64,000 nucleotides of DNA, from contig NC_081387.1 in NCBI RefSeq assembly GCF_030684315.1, forward strand, positions 23,802,647 to 23,866,646, in the 5' to 3' direction. The position numbers were made by a program, and so were the translations under genes. The DNA is from Stegostoma tigrinum (lineage: Eukaryota). Below, one piece after another: positions 37,301 to 52,300 of the stretch. Below the pieces are notes generated by a model, which did not search any database, was not told where the DNA came from, and saw only the letters and a list, made by a program, of their open reading frames with translations. Position 1 is the first letter of the stretch; every line of letters starts with the position of its first letter.

Positions 37301-40300
37301 TCAAAGTTTTTGTCTTTCTTTAACAAGCTTGTGAAAGCATCTAATACAGTGCAGGATGAACTTCCAAAAAGGTGCATCTGATGTAACAAATGCTGATATT
37401 TCTCATTCAGTAGATCTTGCCGATATCCTTACAGCAAGTCAATTCTGTCAACAGAAACCCATTCATGAAATGATTGAGAATCAGCTAAGGCTACTGACAA
37501 AATAAGGAATATTCCCTTTTCCTTATAGATTTGAGATATTTATGTCACTGGTTTAAAGAATAGAAGGGATTTTAGTAATTTTAAAAAATATTTTAATTGT
37601 CATAATGATTAAAATATTGTCACATTGCCTATTTATAAAATCAATCTAATCTTTCATTTTCAAACAAATTAAAATTAATCAATATTGTGAGCAATTTCAA
37701 AAGTTACTTAGCAATATTAATCACATGTCAAAAGTAATTCTGCAGTGCTGAGGAAGTCCCTGGGAAATAGTATGTACCTTTGTAAGTGCAATTTCTTTCT
37801 CAGTCTGTTATCAACAGTTTTCATCTCCCTGTTTTTGCTCCTCTCTTTCTGCTCCCACCCAGAAACTGCAGCTTTTATCAGTGATTATGGGCAAATAATA
37901 GTTTGTTCTTGGAACAATTTTTCATATATCAGCCCAGACCAGGGATCAGCAACTGTTTTAGCTGAAGAACCATTTTGTTAAAAGCCTAAAATAGAAGATA
38001 TGATGTGCTGCATGCTGAGAATTCAGCATTTCTCAGCCAAATGCACTGTAAATGACCATGAGTATGGTTGAATGTATAATTTGCATGAGAATAAACTAAA
38101 TACCTGTTTCGAATTTGAATCATCAAGTCATACAACACAGAACAGGCCCTTCAGCCCATCAGGTCTAACCATCCTATCTACACTCATCCCACTTTCCAGC
38201 ACTTGGCTCACAGCCTTAAAAGTCTGAGGTTTCAAGCGTTCATCCACATACATTTTAAAAAGTTGTGAGCCTTCCACCCTCTGCTCACCTTCAAGGCATT
38301 GCATTCCAGATTCCCACCAGATTCTGGGTGAAAAGGTTTTCCTTAAATATCCCCTAAAATTCCTGACCTTTGCCTTAAAATAATGACTACCCCACCCCCA
38401 GCCTTCATTAAGGGGAGCTTTCTATCTACCTTGTCCATGCCCTTCACAATTTTTAACACCTCACCCAGGCCACTGAACACCCCCTCATGCTCCAAAACAA
38501 CCTGAGTCTATTCAGCCTCTCTTCATATCAAAAATGCTCCAACCCAGGCAACACCCTGTAAATCTCCTTTGCACTCCCTCCATTGCAATTTCATCCTTTT
38601 TATTATGTGGTGACCAGAATTGCACACGGTACTCCAGCTGTGGCCCAATCAAAGTCTTATGCAGCTCCACATAACCATCCTGTGCTTATAATCAATTGAA
38701 AAACAATTTGAAATAAATCTAACTAAATGATCACATTTCAGATATTTTTGCCAATAGTTTTGTCAGAAACTTCTTCACAACAACTTTAAGACCTTTAGAA
38801 AACAGACTATTTTTGCTATTCGTTCCAATGATTGAACACAATGCTTCAGACATCACACACAAGATCACATATTATGTCAATCCCATCAGAAACTAATTAC
38901 TGGAACTATATTTAAGCATTATGATGCTAATATTATTGAAACATTTGTTTGCTGGAATTAGCGTAATAGAACAGTCTCTTTAAATTATTTTTCTTATTTT
39001 CCTTCTCAACCTTTAAATTTGTAATCTTTTTCCATGATTATTTTACACCAATGTCTAATTTCAATCTGATTGTAGGTATAAATGAATTAACACCATTAAG
39101 TATAAAGAATTTTTTAATGAATCATCTTTTTTTTCTCTCAACATTTTGGGTCAAAATAAACCAAGCCTGAATGAATACTTTAAAACCAGAAGTCTCACAG
39201 TGTATTTGTCACTCCATCAATATATATTAACAATTGATCACAAAAAGGTGAATACAAGCACATTCAATCAAAATTTCAATTATTCCAAAACCCATAATCT
39301 TAATGGTTTGTGAAATTTTAATATGAAACACTTACCACATTCTACGAAAGATTTCTGAAGTTCTAGTTCTACAAAGATACAACAAAAATATTATCATGAG
39401 TATCAGAAAAAAATCATTTAACTGGTCACATCTTCTCAATAAAATTATTTACACAAATCTGATAATTTTTCAATGAAAATCAGTTCTTACCACTAATGAT
39501 TCATAACTGTGCCGCAATTCATGTACTGTAATGTCTTACTAAGCAACTGATTTGTTTCTAAGGATGATGAAGTACAAGATGGAAAATTAAAACAATGGAA
39601 TATTTAGGCAACTGCTTAAAGAAGCATAGGATAAGAAAGAAAACTAAAATACCACACCCAAGGGATTGTGGTTAAATTACTTCTAAAATTTACAAAGAAA
39701 CATGAGCTGCAATAAAATTGTTCCAGAAAGAAATCACATTGTGCATGCAATTCATTAGAGATTAATGTTCCTGAAAATAAAATTAAGGCACCAGGTGGCA
39801 AAATGTAACCAGAACAGGGAGACACCAGAGAGTCAGATGGGAATAATAGGTGAGACTCTGCAGATTATAGAAACCTAAGAAATTTGTGACTTTGCCACAA
39901 AATGAGACATGAAAATGTTAAATACTAAAAAGGTTCTTTTAAAAGATCAGGGAACAGAAGATAATGATCAGGAAATGGCAGGTGTGATGCATGAGTTGGC
40001 TCAATCAATCCTTACATTTAAAGACTATGGACAAATTTCATTCAAAAGAGTCAAACTAAAATCGGACACACAGAACTTGTTTGATATACATTCTCATTAA
40101 GAAGGGAAAAACAACAACATTATAGATGAGTAATAAATGGTTAGATTCTGTCTAGATGGAGATAGTTGTAACCTGGCATTATGTGGTGTGAATGTTACTT
40201 GCCAATTGTCAGCTCAAACTTGGATATTGTCCACGTCTTGCTGCATTTGGATATAAACTACTTCCATTTCTGAGAATTCACAGATCGTGCTGAACACTGT

Positions 40301-43300
40301 GTAATCTTCGGTGAATATCCCTCAATTGTATCGTCAGAATTGGAGATAGTCATGGATAAAGCACCTGGAAATGGTTCAAAATGATACGTCCCTGAGGAAC
40401 TCCTGCAGACAATGCCTGGAGATGACATGACTGACCTCCAACAATCATAACCATCTTCCTTTGTACCTATTATAACTCCTAACAGTGCGGTCTCAATTCC
40501 TGTATTGGTTGTGGTTACCATGAAGGTCCCAGTATCTCAACCCTATCCCTTGCCTGATCTGTGGTGACCCTGAGGTTAAACAACCACCAGTCATCTCTCT
40601 CTAATGAGAGAGAAGCCCTCTGGTATCTGAGACTATGGCAACTCTGCCTTTTACTATTGCTTAAACATGCGCATTCCTGGTTGTGAAGTCCCAGGGAAAC
40701 AATTTCCCACTGTATTCCATTGTTCCAGTGCTTCTGCTGGGAATGTCTTGCCCAGAAGAGACAGGCAGGTTGATGATAGATGTTCATTTTATTTTAATCT
40801 ACTTCAATATTTTCTCAATACAGAGAAGACTGTGACAGGAATGTCACAAATTAAAATGCCAGCAGCAAAGGTATAAGTACTGAGTGAGGCCTTTCTTTTT
40901 CTGAGGAATGTGGACCAGTCTTGGTCACAGTCCTACTCAGGCCCCGTCCCACAACTCTTTCCCTAGTTTATCAATGACTGCATTGGTACCACTTTCTGCA
41001 CTCATTCAGCCCTAGAAACCAATAAGTTTTATCTCTAATTCCCACCTTTCTCTCATCTTCACCTGGTCCGTCTCTGACTCTTCCCTTTCGTTCTTTAACC
41101 TCTTGGACTTATTCCTGAGGATTGTCTCTGTACTAATATGTATCATATGTCTACCAATTCCCACAGCTATTTTGAAAACATGTCAGTTTCTCCACTGCAT
41201 CTGTACTGATGATTGCACCTTCCGCTATGGTACTTCCAACATGTCCTTCTTTTTCCTCAACCTCCACCCATCTTTACCCTAGTGTGGTTAACAGGGCCCT
41301 TCATAGTGTCAAGCCCATTGCTCACATTTCTGTTCATTTGCCTTTCCCTCTTTCCCAGAATTACAACAGTTTTCACCACATCTTTGTGTTCCATTCCACC
41401 AGCTTCTGGATTTAAATGACCTTCATCCATAAACTCCACAAGATCCCACATGATGACACACCAAACACATCTTTGCCTCTTCTCCCCTGTCAGTACTCCA
41501 AAGGGATTGTTCTCTCCCTGGCCCACTCTGTTATCATCTTCAACAATTTGTCTTTCTCCTCTCATTGCAGAAGTTGTTACATCTCCTGATTTACCTCCTT
41601 CTCCTCACTGTTCAAGGTCCCAAACGTTCCTTCCACATGAAGCAGCTATTCTCCTGCCCTTCTTTCGATCTAGTCTACCACACTGACTGTTCTCAATCCA
41701 GTCTTGCCTTCACTGGGAGACTAAACACAAACCGGCTGATTACTTTGCACAGCGAGATTCTGTTTGCATGTTATTTCAAAACAGCACCATCCTCTGAAGC
41801 TCATGTTCCTGTCCAAGGCCTGATGCACGTTCCACTATAGCTGGAGGAACAGCATCACATTTTCCACGAAGGCATTTGACAGCCCCATGCCCCGAACAGT
41901 TGACTTCAACAAACCAATCAAGAACTCTGCTGTCCATTTAGGATGTTTTTCCCCTAGTGTCCGTATTTTATTCTCATGCTTTTGCTTTTAATCTAACCTT
42001 TCTCTGACCTTCACTTTTGTCCCATCACAACTCACCAATTTCCAACTCTAATCAGTTCTAAACAAAGGTTACATTGCACTGAAAACACTAACTCTGTTTT
42101 TCTCTCCACAAAAGCTGCCAGAACTGCTGAGTTTCTCCACCACTTTTGCTTTTTCTTGTAGCTGAAACAGTGCAATGGAGCTGTATTTGTTCACCTGTTA
42201 GTCACATACTTGTTACGGGTAAAGTTATTATTCCAGTTCCAAACAAGCATCACTGAACTTAAAATGTTAACTTTGCTTTCTCTCTACAGATGCTGAATTT
42301 CTCCAGTAATATCAGTTTTTGTTTCAGATTTCCAGCATCCACAGTTCCTTCTATGATATGTATTGTTCTGGACTATTTTTGCTTCAAATTTGCCCACCAA
42401 AATGTTATGCATATATACAAGAGGAGCATAACAACAAAGTATTCAACAGGTAACATTTGATTTAAAATTATTAAAGGAGTGTTTTTTGTTCAGCTGGAAA
42501 CTGGAAATCACAACTGTTTCTTTGTTCTTCACCTCAATGTGACCAGCTCTTCACACTACCCTTCCCCAAACATTCAGCATCAGAACAAACCTAATCCTTT
42601 TCTACACATGTTGCACTGGAATAATATTGTGGTTCTGAAATTCCACAGGGTTGTTTGTGTGTCACAGCTTAACTGATGGAGACTGGGAGATTGCCAATGG
42701 ATTTCCCAGGCTTGTACCTTTATTGTCTTTAGTCAGTGTTACACTGAGACTGTACCTTTAATCTGTCTATGGTGTTTCACACTCCAATAAAGCAGAGCAG
42801 CGATGCCAGCAATCACACAACAGAGGGTCGTGAGTAATGGTGCCAGCCAATCAGGGACACCAGGGAAGATATCGTCTGCAAAGTGAATACCAGTGAGTTA
42901 TACAACTATATTTTCTATAGCATATGCCGTGAAAATATGATGACAAAACATCAACATATTAGTGAATGTGCATTAGGTAGAAAATCGGTAGTCCTTGCAG
43001 TAGTCTGCTGATTTAACGTCAGTAGGGGTCCACTGGACACCCAGAAACACCAAAACTGATGTTTGTTATGGGATAGAGCCCCTGCCCATTTCAATCACTG
43101 GCAGTGATGTTTATTATGGTTCTCTCTATAAAGACAGGGTCTCTAATATTGGCAATAGCAAAGGGGGAAAACAATAAAGCTCCATCTCTACTTTGTATTC
43201 CAGAATTCATTGGACCAACAATCCTGCTCTTCCTGACTCTCTGCCTGGAAAGGTGTGTCAAATGAAAGCAACATACTGCAGATACTGGGAATCTGAAACA

Positions 43301-46300
43301 AACACAGCAAATGCTGGAGAAACTCAGCAAGTGTGTCAGCACCTGCGGAGAGAGAAACTCCACAGACATTGCCAGACCTGTGATGTTTTTCCAACATTTC
43401 CTGTTGTTATCTCAAATATGCCAAGCCACATCCAAACCACATTTAATTTGTGACTCCATCCCTGATGCTGTGAATTCTGAAGGAGCCAGTAGCCGGAACA
43501 AGGTGCTGGCATGTTACAGCGCATACAGAGACACATAAGGCAGCTGGCAAATTATCCTTTTCTAGGCTACATTTAGTGGGTTATGAAATGTTTCACAAAG
43601 CAGTAATTTGCTAACAGTGGATAATAGGTCAAACGAAGAGATATTATGAAGAATGATTGCTCCCCGATCCACATTGCTTTTCATTGGTCAAACAATGTCT
43701 TGATTTTAAAATTTTCATCCTTATTTACAGGTTCATCCATTCCCTTGCCTTCCCTACCTCTACAATCTCCTCTAGCCCTAACCCTCCAAGCTACCTTCAC
43801 TTGTCTAATTTTAGCTCCCAGACCAACCCCAGTTTAAGTGCTCCATACCAGCAGCAGCACCTAATGTTGCTGAGGACCTGAGCTTTAGAAATCATTCCTA
43901 AAACCTCTCCACCTTATTCTCCTTCTGCATGAAATAATTTAAAACCTATCGCTTTAATCAAGCATCATCCAATTTAATATCGCCTTAGCTATACCGCTTT
44001 AACTAAGTATTTCTTCATCTGATTTTATATCTCCTTTGTTGGTTAAGGATTTTGCTTCATTAAGCACCTGAGAAGGGCCTTGAGGCGTTTTCTTATATTG
44101 AAGTACTGTGTCAATACAAATTGTTGTTGTGAGCAACCGACAGTGAGAGTCCATCGCTCTCAGTTGGGTGTCAGCACAAGTGGGAAAAGACCAAAACCCT
44201 TTATTGCAGTTACAGAATTTGAAAACTGCCAAGATAAGTGACCAAAGATTCTGTCAATTTTGCAGAATGAAATACTCATTTTGTGTCCATATATAGAGTG
44301 TGACATTTTTTCAACACGTGAGATGTTGACACAACTGAGTTTGAAATAATCAAACAATTTTTATGAACATCTCATGGATTATCACATGAAGGCATCTTGG
44401 GGACAGTTAAACACATGATGTGATGTACAGTGGAATATAAATGACCTTTAACTGTATTGGTCAAACATTGTCATTTACAAACCTGATATCCTGATTGTTG
44501 TTGTTCGTGTAATTCCCAAATGGTCATTCTTTATCAGACATGTGAACTTGTTTGTCAATTGTTTTGTAACAATGATGATGCTCTGGACATTTACAAGACC
44601 ATTAGAGTCTATATCGTTACTTAGTTCAGCTTGTGACAAGGCAAGTCCATCTTCATTGATCCACTGGATTTCCGGCTGAGAGAACCATCCACTGGATTTA
44701 CACACAAGCTGGATTCCATTTTCATGATATCCCTTCAGCTGAATCCAGGGCTGATGACCCAAACCTGTAATTGATAGAGAACAGATTCAGAAATAGCAAA
44801 CTATAGGAGCACTTCCTGTAGTCTGTTGGAACTATTTATTTTATCTATTAATCGATATCTAATCATTGTTTTATCACTGTCTTTAATAAGATTATGAACT
44901 ACATTTTACCTCAGAACATGTCCGTATGGAAGATTTATAGAATATTGTAGAATACAATAATTGAAATGAATCAGATTACAATTATTAAGATTAATTAACT
45001 GTCACAGAATTATACTCCTTGGAAAGGAGAGGAAGAGAGAAAATCAGCGGGATTAAAAAAATTTTATACATTTCTGCTCAATTATACCTGTGAGGACAAG
45101 TGATATGTATGGACTTTAGAGTAATAATTGCCAATAGATTTTCAAGTTTCTGTTTCTCATGTTTTTCCCTGTTTTAAACCCAGTTCAAGACCTGTAATGG
45201 GCCTTCTTATATTTTAGGTTAAGATAAATGTAGCAGTAACAGTGCTTCGACTGCTCACAGTCATCTTGGGATTTCAGGTTGTGATGATAGTCTAAGAGTT
45301 ATTTAGACTACAAGAGTTACATGGTGGTTTCTTTGTTCACAGTACACAACATTCTCCAGTCAAACATTGTGCACTGAAGAGGAACTGTTCCCTTATCCAA
45401 GTTGAGGAAAGCACTGATGGCAAACACGTTACCCAATCAGATTACAAGGTGGGGTTTGGGAGAGGGAATAAAAATGGTGCCAATCTCCTCAGCCTACATT
45501 AGGCATTCAGGGGGATGCCCTTCTTTCAATGAGCCTTAATGAGTTTGCAAATATGCACACACAGGGCCACTTCTCTCCAGGCAAAGTTTCTGAGTTCAAG
45601 ATCCTGGAACGAGAGCCCACAACCACTTGTTTTGGCTGTGCCCGCCCGTGGCTGGACTCTTGCCCTCCTATGTAGGCACCAGCCCACTGAATGACTCCAA
45701 CACAAAATCAGAAATTGCTGGAAAAACTCAGCAAGTCTGGCAGTATCTGATCTCCAGAATCTGCATTTCTTTGGTTTTGTGTTAACTGAATGATGCCATG
45801 TTGTTTTCAGAGCACACTCTCCTTTTGGCTAAATGACATATCTTCACTGAGCTTTGCAGAGTGATGAGTCTGGTGAGTTTTTTAGCTTCTCACTTCCCAC
45901 AAGGAGATGCTCTATCATTTTGCAAACCCTGGTGTTTAACCCCAGTTTCATTCCCAGTCCATGTGTTTGGATTTTCTGAGCTGACATGACAGATTCAATT
46001 GAGTGGATCAGGCAAGCAAACTCAACCACAGCCACTGAAGAAACTAATGAGAAACTTTCCTACATCCCAAAGATTATTGTTTATTCACCCAGCTCTGTCA
46101 CTCTTACTGTGTCAGAAAAATGAAGGAGGAAGGCATGAGAAATGTTTTTCGGTTGTCAGACAACAAAACAAGATGCCAAATCTCTCCTCTCTCTCTTGAG
46201 TTGGATTGAAGTTAGATCTTATTTTTAGGAGCAGAAGATATCAAATGGGAGAAGCAGGAACAGAGAATCACATCAGGGCAAGGGCTTGGCTCCCACTGTT

Positions 46301-49300
46301 CTTGGGGATTCCTTTGGACGAGGGTTAAGGTGACAGTCTTTGTGGAAGAGTAGATGGAAGGGATGGCTGTGATGGGAGCATGTGCTTTGATCCATTGTTC
46401 ACATGGAGGTGTTGCAAGTGAGGCTATCATTTATTCTCCTTCTGCAGTTTGGAAAAAAAGTTCACAGAGTCAGGGCTACACAGAAAGGTACTATTGGCCC
46501 ATGTGCTGGTGAGACTTCTCCTGAAACCAGATACTAGGTTGGATACTACTGAGTGTCTGAGCCACTGAGCAGGTTGTTCAACCAATCATGTTGGTGTGGG
46601 ACGTATTGGCCCAGCCTCGGTAAGTACAGCAGGTTTTCTTCCCAAATGAACCACTGGATTTTTGTGGGAATCTGATTTCTTCATGTGCTTTGTCTCCAGA
46701 TTTTTAAATCGGAACTTAAAAGTTCTCAAATAGCCAGGGTAAAATCTGAATTCCCTTCCTGTGGATTACAAGCCCTCTTGTGTGGACGGCAAACATAATA
46801 TTGCACATGGATTGTTTGGTTCCAATTTACTGGAACTTTTGCTAGTTTAAACTTGGAAGTGAAGCCAGAAGTCATGTGTCAATCGAATATCTCAATACCA
46901 GGACTAGATATTCTCATTTGTCATGAGTAATGTTCTTTGTCATGCTTGTGAGAGTAAGGTCTTTTGCATCCTGGTGTCCAGATATTGCACAGGACCAGTT
47001 TGAAAGAAGCAGGGCTAGTTTCATGACATGAAATTTCAAATTATAAGCAATTGCATGGGCAGTGTGGTGGCTCAGTGGTTAGCACTGCTGCCTCACAGCA
47101 CCAGCAACCGGGTTCAATTCTACTGTCTGTGACTGTCTGTGTGGAGTTTGCAAGTACTCCTCATGTCTGCATGGGTTTCCTCCCACAGTCCAAAGATGTG
47201 CAGCCTTGGTGGATTGCCCATGCTAAATTGCATGTAGTTTTCAGGGATGTGTAGATTAGGTGAGTTATAGGGGAAGGAATCTGGGTAGGGTGCTCTGACA
47301 GTCAGCGTGGACTTGTTGGGCCGATGGGCCTGTTTCCATGCTGTATGGATTCTGTGGATTTTTTTTGTCTAACAATGGCATGTTTGTCAAATATTTCATA
47401 CTGAAGCCTGAGTTTTGGGGTGGCACATTGGCCCAGTGGTTAGCACTGCTGCCTCTCAGTGCCAGGAATGCACTGCCAGTGCAATTGGGTTCAACGCCAC
47501 CATTGAGTGGCTGTCTATATGGAGTCTGCGCATTCTTCCTATGTCTGTGTGGTTTCCTCCTCATGCTCCAGTTTCCTCCCAAAGTCTGAATATGTGCAGG
47601 TTAGGTTAGGTTGGCCACAGTGTCGAGGGTGGGAAATGTAATGAAAGGGTGGGTCCAGATAGGATACTCTTTAGAGGGTCAGTGTGGACTCCATCCCCAC
47701 TGTAGGGATCCTATGAGAGGTACAGTTTACAGAAGCTAAGATATTTTCCTAATTCCGAATAGGACAATTGGACCCTACTGAGACAACGGTGCCCAATATT
47801 CTGGACACGCAAAGGATGTTGGGGGATACGAGGAAGAGAAAGCACCCAGAAACAAGTCTGGGTCTTGTGATTCAACTCCCTGACCCTGATCACAAGTGCA
47901 TCTTCAGTTACACCGCTGGCATGCAATATTGTACTATTAGATAGAAGTACAACAGATCGCAATATTAATTTTGTTTTCACGGCTTCTTAATGTTTTCTCA
48001 AGGGCTACCTTTTGGTTTTCAGGGGCTCATTTTTCATTCTCATCAACAATAATAACCGCTTTATTTATGTTGACTTATAGGGAATTTGAACCTTCTAGGA
48101 AGAATTTATCAATGCCCTCAATAATTATCAACACTCCGTTAAACATAAAGCTGCAAACACACAGGCAAACATTAATTTCCAACACATTACAGCATGTCAA
48201 ATGAAACAAAATAGCAGGTTTAAGTGTGCAATTATTTTTACAGTAACTGTCAAACACTTCTACACAAAAAAAAATCACAATGACTACACATACCATACAC
48301 TAAAAAGTCCGCTAATGTATTTTTGTTGCATATGCACAAAGCTGGAAGATTTTAAGAAGGCATTTATAACTCCATATACTGCAATGTAGATTTCAACCTG
48401 AGACTTAAAATTTCACATTTGACATAGTGATCATGACAATGGCATCTACTACATTTTCCCTAATAGTATCTTCTCAACATTTGCTGCTTTCAGCTGTAAA
48501 GCCCACAACCATTTGAAAAGAATTCACAACGTCAATGAATTGAAATTTTCTTGGATCCCTTTCAGCTGGATATTCCCTAATTGACAGGTTTAAAATTGTT
48601 CTCTCTCCTTTGCAGACCTGCTCTCACTGAGCAGCCCCTCTGTCCCTCCATGCACAGCCTACCCTCCACTGCAGCCTCCTTCTCCCCCGTCCCATGTCAG
48701 CTTTCACTGTCTCACTCTTTTGACCCCCTTAAAATCTCCTTCTCTCTATGCTTGGTTGCAGCCTCTTTTTCACTCCTCATGCAGTGTCCATCTCCATCCT
48801 TGTCTTCTCTTGAGCATTCTTCAGCCCCACAACCCCTTGAAGTTTCTTTGTCATGGCCACGTCCACCACCATCTCCACTCAGGTCTCTCTCATCCATGCA
48901 CCTCCCTGTGGAACCTCTTTCTCTGCCTCCCCACCTACCCCTTTGGAGTTTCTTTATTGCTGTGGCCAGAGAATACCAACCACACAGTATCCAACAGACA
49001 ACCCCTTGGCAAAACTCTGCCTGGCCTGGGCCCTTCAGCAGAAGGTTGCTTTTTTCCCGTGTTTACCCAAAGGTTCATTGCTCTTCCAATCATACACTGC
49101 TTCTCTTGCCCTTTTCTGGTGACTAACCCACTCATGAGCAGTAAATATGAGAGACTTTGAATAGTCTTTGATGGAGGAGAAACTCCTCACTTGTTCTGCC
49201 CATTCTACGACTGATGGGAATTTTGTCTGGTTGGGTTCCCCTGCTGAATTTTCAAGGATTGGTTTGGGGGGGCTCAGGACAGATTTACCTGCTGCCCTGA

Positions 49301-52300
49301 GTCTTTGAGCTGTGATATAGGTACACTACTGAATACAAACCATTAAACATCCACTCCCATTATTGAGGGATGTGGCGATAGAGATCGTGGATACATTGGT
49401 GGTTATCTTTCAGAAATCCATATATTCCTGTAGACTGGGAAGTAGTAAATGCAACCTCACTATTTAAGAAGTTGGGGGGAGAAAACATTTAAAATTTCAG
49501 ACCTGTTAGTTTGACATCAGAAGTCAGTCATAGCGAAAATATTATAAGACATTATAAAGGATGTGATAACTAGACACTTCAAAAATAATTACAGGATTGG
49601 GTAGTTACATGGATTTATGAACAGGAAATCACATTTGACATTCCTGTTACATATTGTTGAGGATATTGTTTGCACCATTTATGAAGGAACATCAGTGGAT
49701 ATGGTGTATTTGGATTTTCACAAGGATTTTCATGATCCCACAGAAGAACATAGAACATAAGACAGTATAGGATCAGGTTCTCTGGCCCATCATGTCTGCA
49801 CTGACCATGATGCCATTCCTAAATTATTCCCATCTGCCTGCACATGGCCTATATGCCTCTATTCTCTGCATGTTCCTGTGTCTTTCAAAATGCCTCTTAA
49901 ACATTGCTTTTGTATATGCTTCTACCACTACCCTGGCAGTGTCTGGCACCTACCACTCTCTGTGTAGAGCTTGCCAAGCACATCTCCTTTAAACATTTCC
50001 CCTCTCACCTTAAACCTATTCCCCCTTGTATTTGATATTTCTACCCTGGGGAAAAGACTCCATTTATCCACCCTATCCATGCCTGTCATATTTTTATATC
50101 CTTTTATCAGGTCGGCCCCCCTCACTCTCCAGCTCTGTAATGAAAACAATCCAGGTTTGTCCAATATTGCCTTTTAGCTAATACACAGCAATCCAGAAAA
50201 CATCCTGGTAAACCTCCTTTGCACCCTATCGAAAGTCTCCATATTTTTCTTGTAGGGTAATGACCAGAATTGCACACAATACTCCAACTAAAGTTTTATG
50301 CAGCTGCAAATGACTTGCCAACTTTTATACTCAATGCCCTGACTAATGAAAGCAAGCATGCAGTACACCTTCTTTACTACCATATCCAATTGTTTATCCC
50401 CTTTCTGGGAACTATGGATTTGAACCTCAAGATCCCTCTGTATATCAGTGCTCCCAGGGATTCTGCCATTTACAGTGTACTCTCCTCTTGCATTTGACGT
50501 CCAAAAATGCATCACCTCACACTTCCCTGGATTAAACTCCGTCCACCATGTCCCTATCCAACTTTTCAACAGATCAACACATCTTTTGATAGTGTTCCTT
50601 ACTCTCCACAACTCCATCAATTTTTGTGTCATCTTCAAACTTACTAGTCAGATCAACTACATTTCGATTGAAATCATCATTATATAAATATATACTGCAA
50701 GCATAAGTACCATATCTGGAAGGGCTAATAGGACCAGGAATTCAAGAGGAATGTTTCCCACTTTTCAGGGCACAGAGCTAGGAGCCATTCAGGTTAGTTA
50801 GTTGTCTGAGGACAGTAGCATCATTTGTTGTGTGACAAGTAAACATTAAATACATCCGCCACCAATAAAAAAAATAAAAAGGATACACCATGTACTGATG
50901 CTTTAATCAGCTGTCTTTGAATATTTAATGATGACCATGAAATTACTGTTAGTCATTGTATAATTCATCTGGTTCACTAATGTTTTCAAAATAAGGAATA
51001 TTCCGTTCACGATGGTGAGGAAGAGGAATATCTGCTCTCAGAGGGTAGTGAGTCTCTAAAAGTCTCTACCCTAGAGCCTGTAAAAGCTCAGTCATTGAAA
51101 ATGGTCAAGATAGAGATATTTCTGGTTACGAATGACATCAATGGATACAATGATGGAGTAAGAAGGTTGTAGTGAGTTAGATGACCGGCTGCGATCTAAC
51201 TGAATGGGAGAGCAGGCTCAATGGGCTCCACGGCCTACTCATGTCCAATGTTCCCACGCCTTATTTCATATTGATATATTACAAACGTTTAATTAGTATA
51301 ATTATTCAATGTAATATTATATAATTTAAACCGGGCTTTTAGAAGACAGAAACATATAACTTCTCCAAAGTAACTGAATTGTACGAACCTATGACATTCA
51401 ATTTGACTGCAGTTTCTTCAGAATAGTTTCCATCATCAATTAAACATCTGTATTCTCCACTATCAAAAACTGTTATGTTCTTTATTCGAAGAGAAATGGC
51501 TCCTTGGGTCAGTTTGTTTTTCAATAGTTCTGTCCTTCCCCTGTAATTCCTGTGCTGAGCAGCAGCATCATCTTCACCATGTCTGTATATGTGAACTGGG
51601 GATTCTAGACCTGATATAAACCACTGCACTAACATATTGCTGGCAGATAAATCTGGCACAAGGTGGCATTCCAACAGAGCATCTTCACCCACTGTGGCTT
51701 CCACAGGCTGAGCAGGTCCAACGACAAGGAACTCACCTAATGAATAACAATAAAAAAATCAGTATTTATGTCATCCACAGAACAAAATTACATTGAAAAC
51801 AGCTGGTTTTATAAATCATAAACTGTCCTGCGATATAAAATTCCTCCAGAATTCCTGGACTTGTAAATGAATTTGAATTCAGCAAGTTTTTTATTCTGAT
51901 TTTCAACCATTGGGTCATAATCAATTTGGAAGAGTCCTGACAACTTTTAACTTATAAGTTTACATGTCAATATTCCATTAAGTTATGATCCCTGTAACTT
52001 TTAAAGAAAGTAAATCCGCAAATTACATCAGCAAAAATAACAAATGGACAAGATTTTACATTTTAATTTATTACTGTAAACAAACAAAATTACAAGTGGC
52101 AAAAATAAGGACATATGAAATAAGAGCTAAGTGGGCCATTCAGTCTCTCAACTGTGTCACTAGATCATCGAATATATTCTCCCTCCACTCCATTTTGCTG
52201 CAACAGTACCATATCCCATGATTCCTTTGTCTAAAAATCTATTGATCTCTGACATGAATGTACTCAATAGCTGAACCTCCACAGGCCTTTGTGTTGGATT

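Noticed and set aside
36952-37444. MITE with long TIRs
   Set aside because: The left arm and spacer read continuously as Gypsy pol, and no TSD is seen; better explained as an inverted duplication.
48581-49160. Overlapping 146-181 aa ORFs
   Set aside because: Low-complexity pyrimidine-rich sequence, probably a decayed transposon; no motif recognised.
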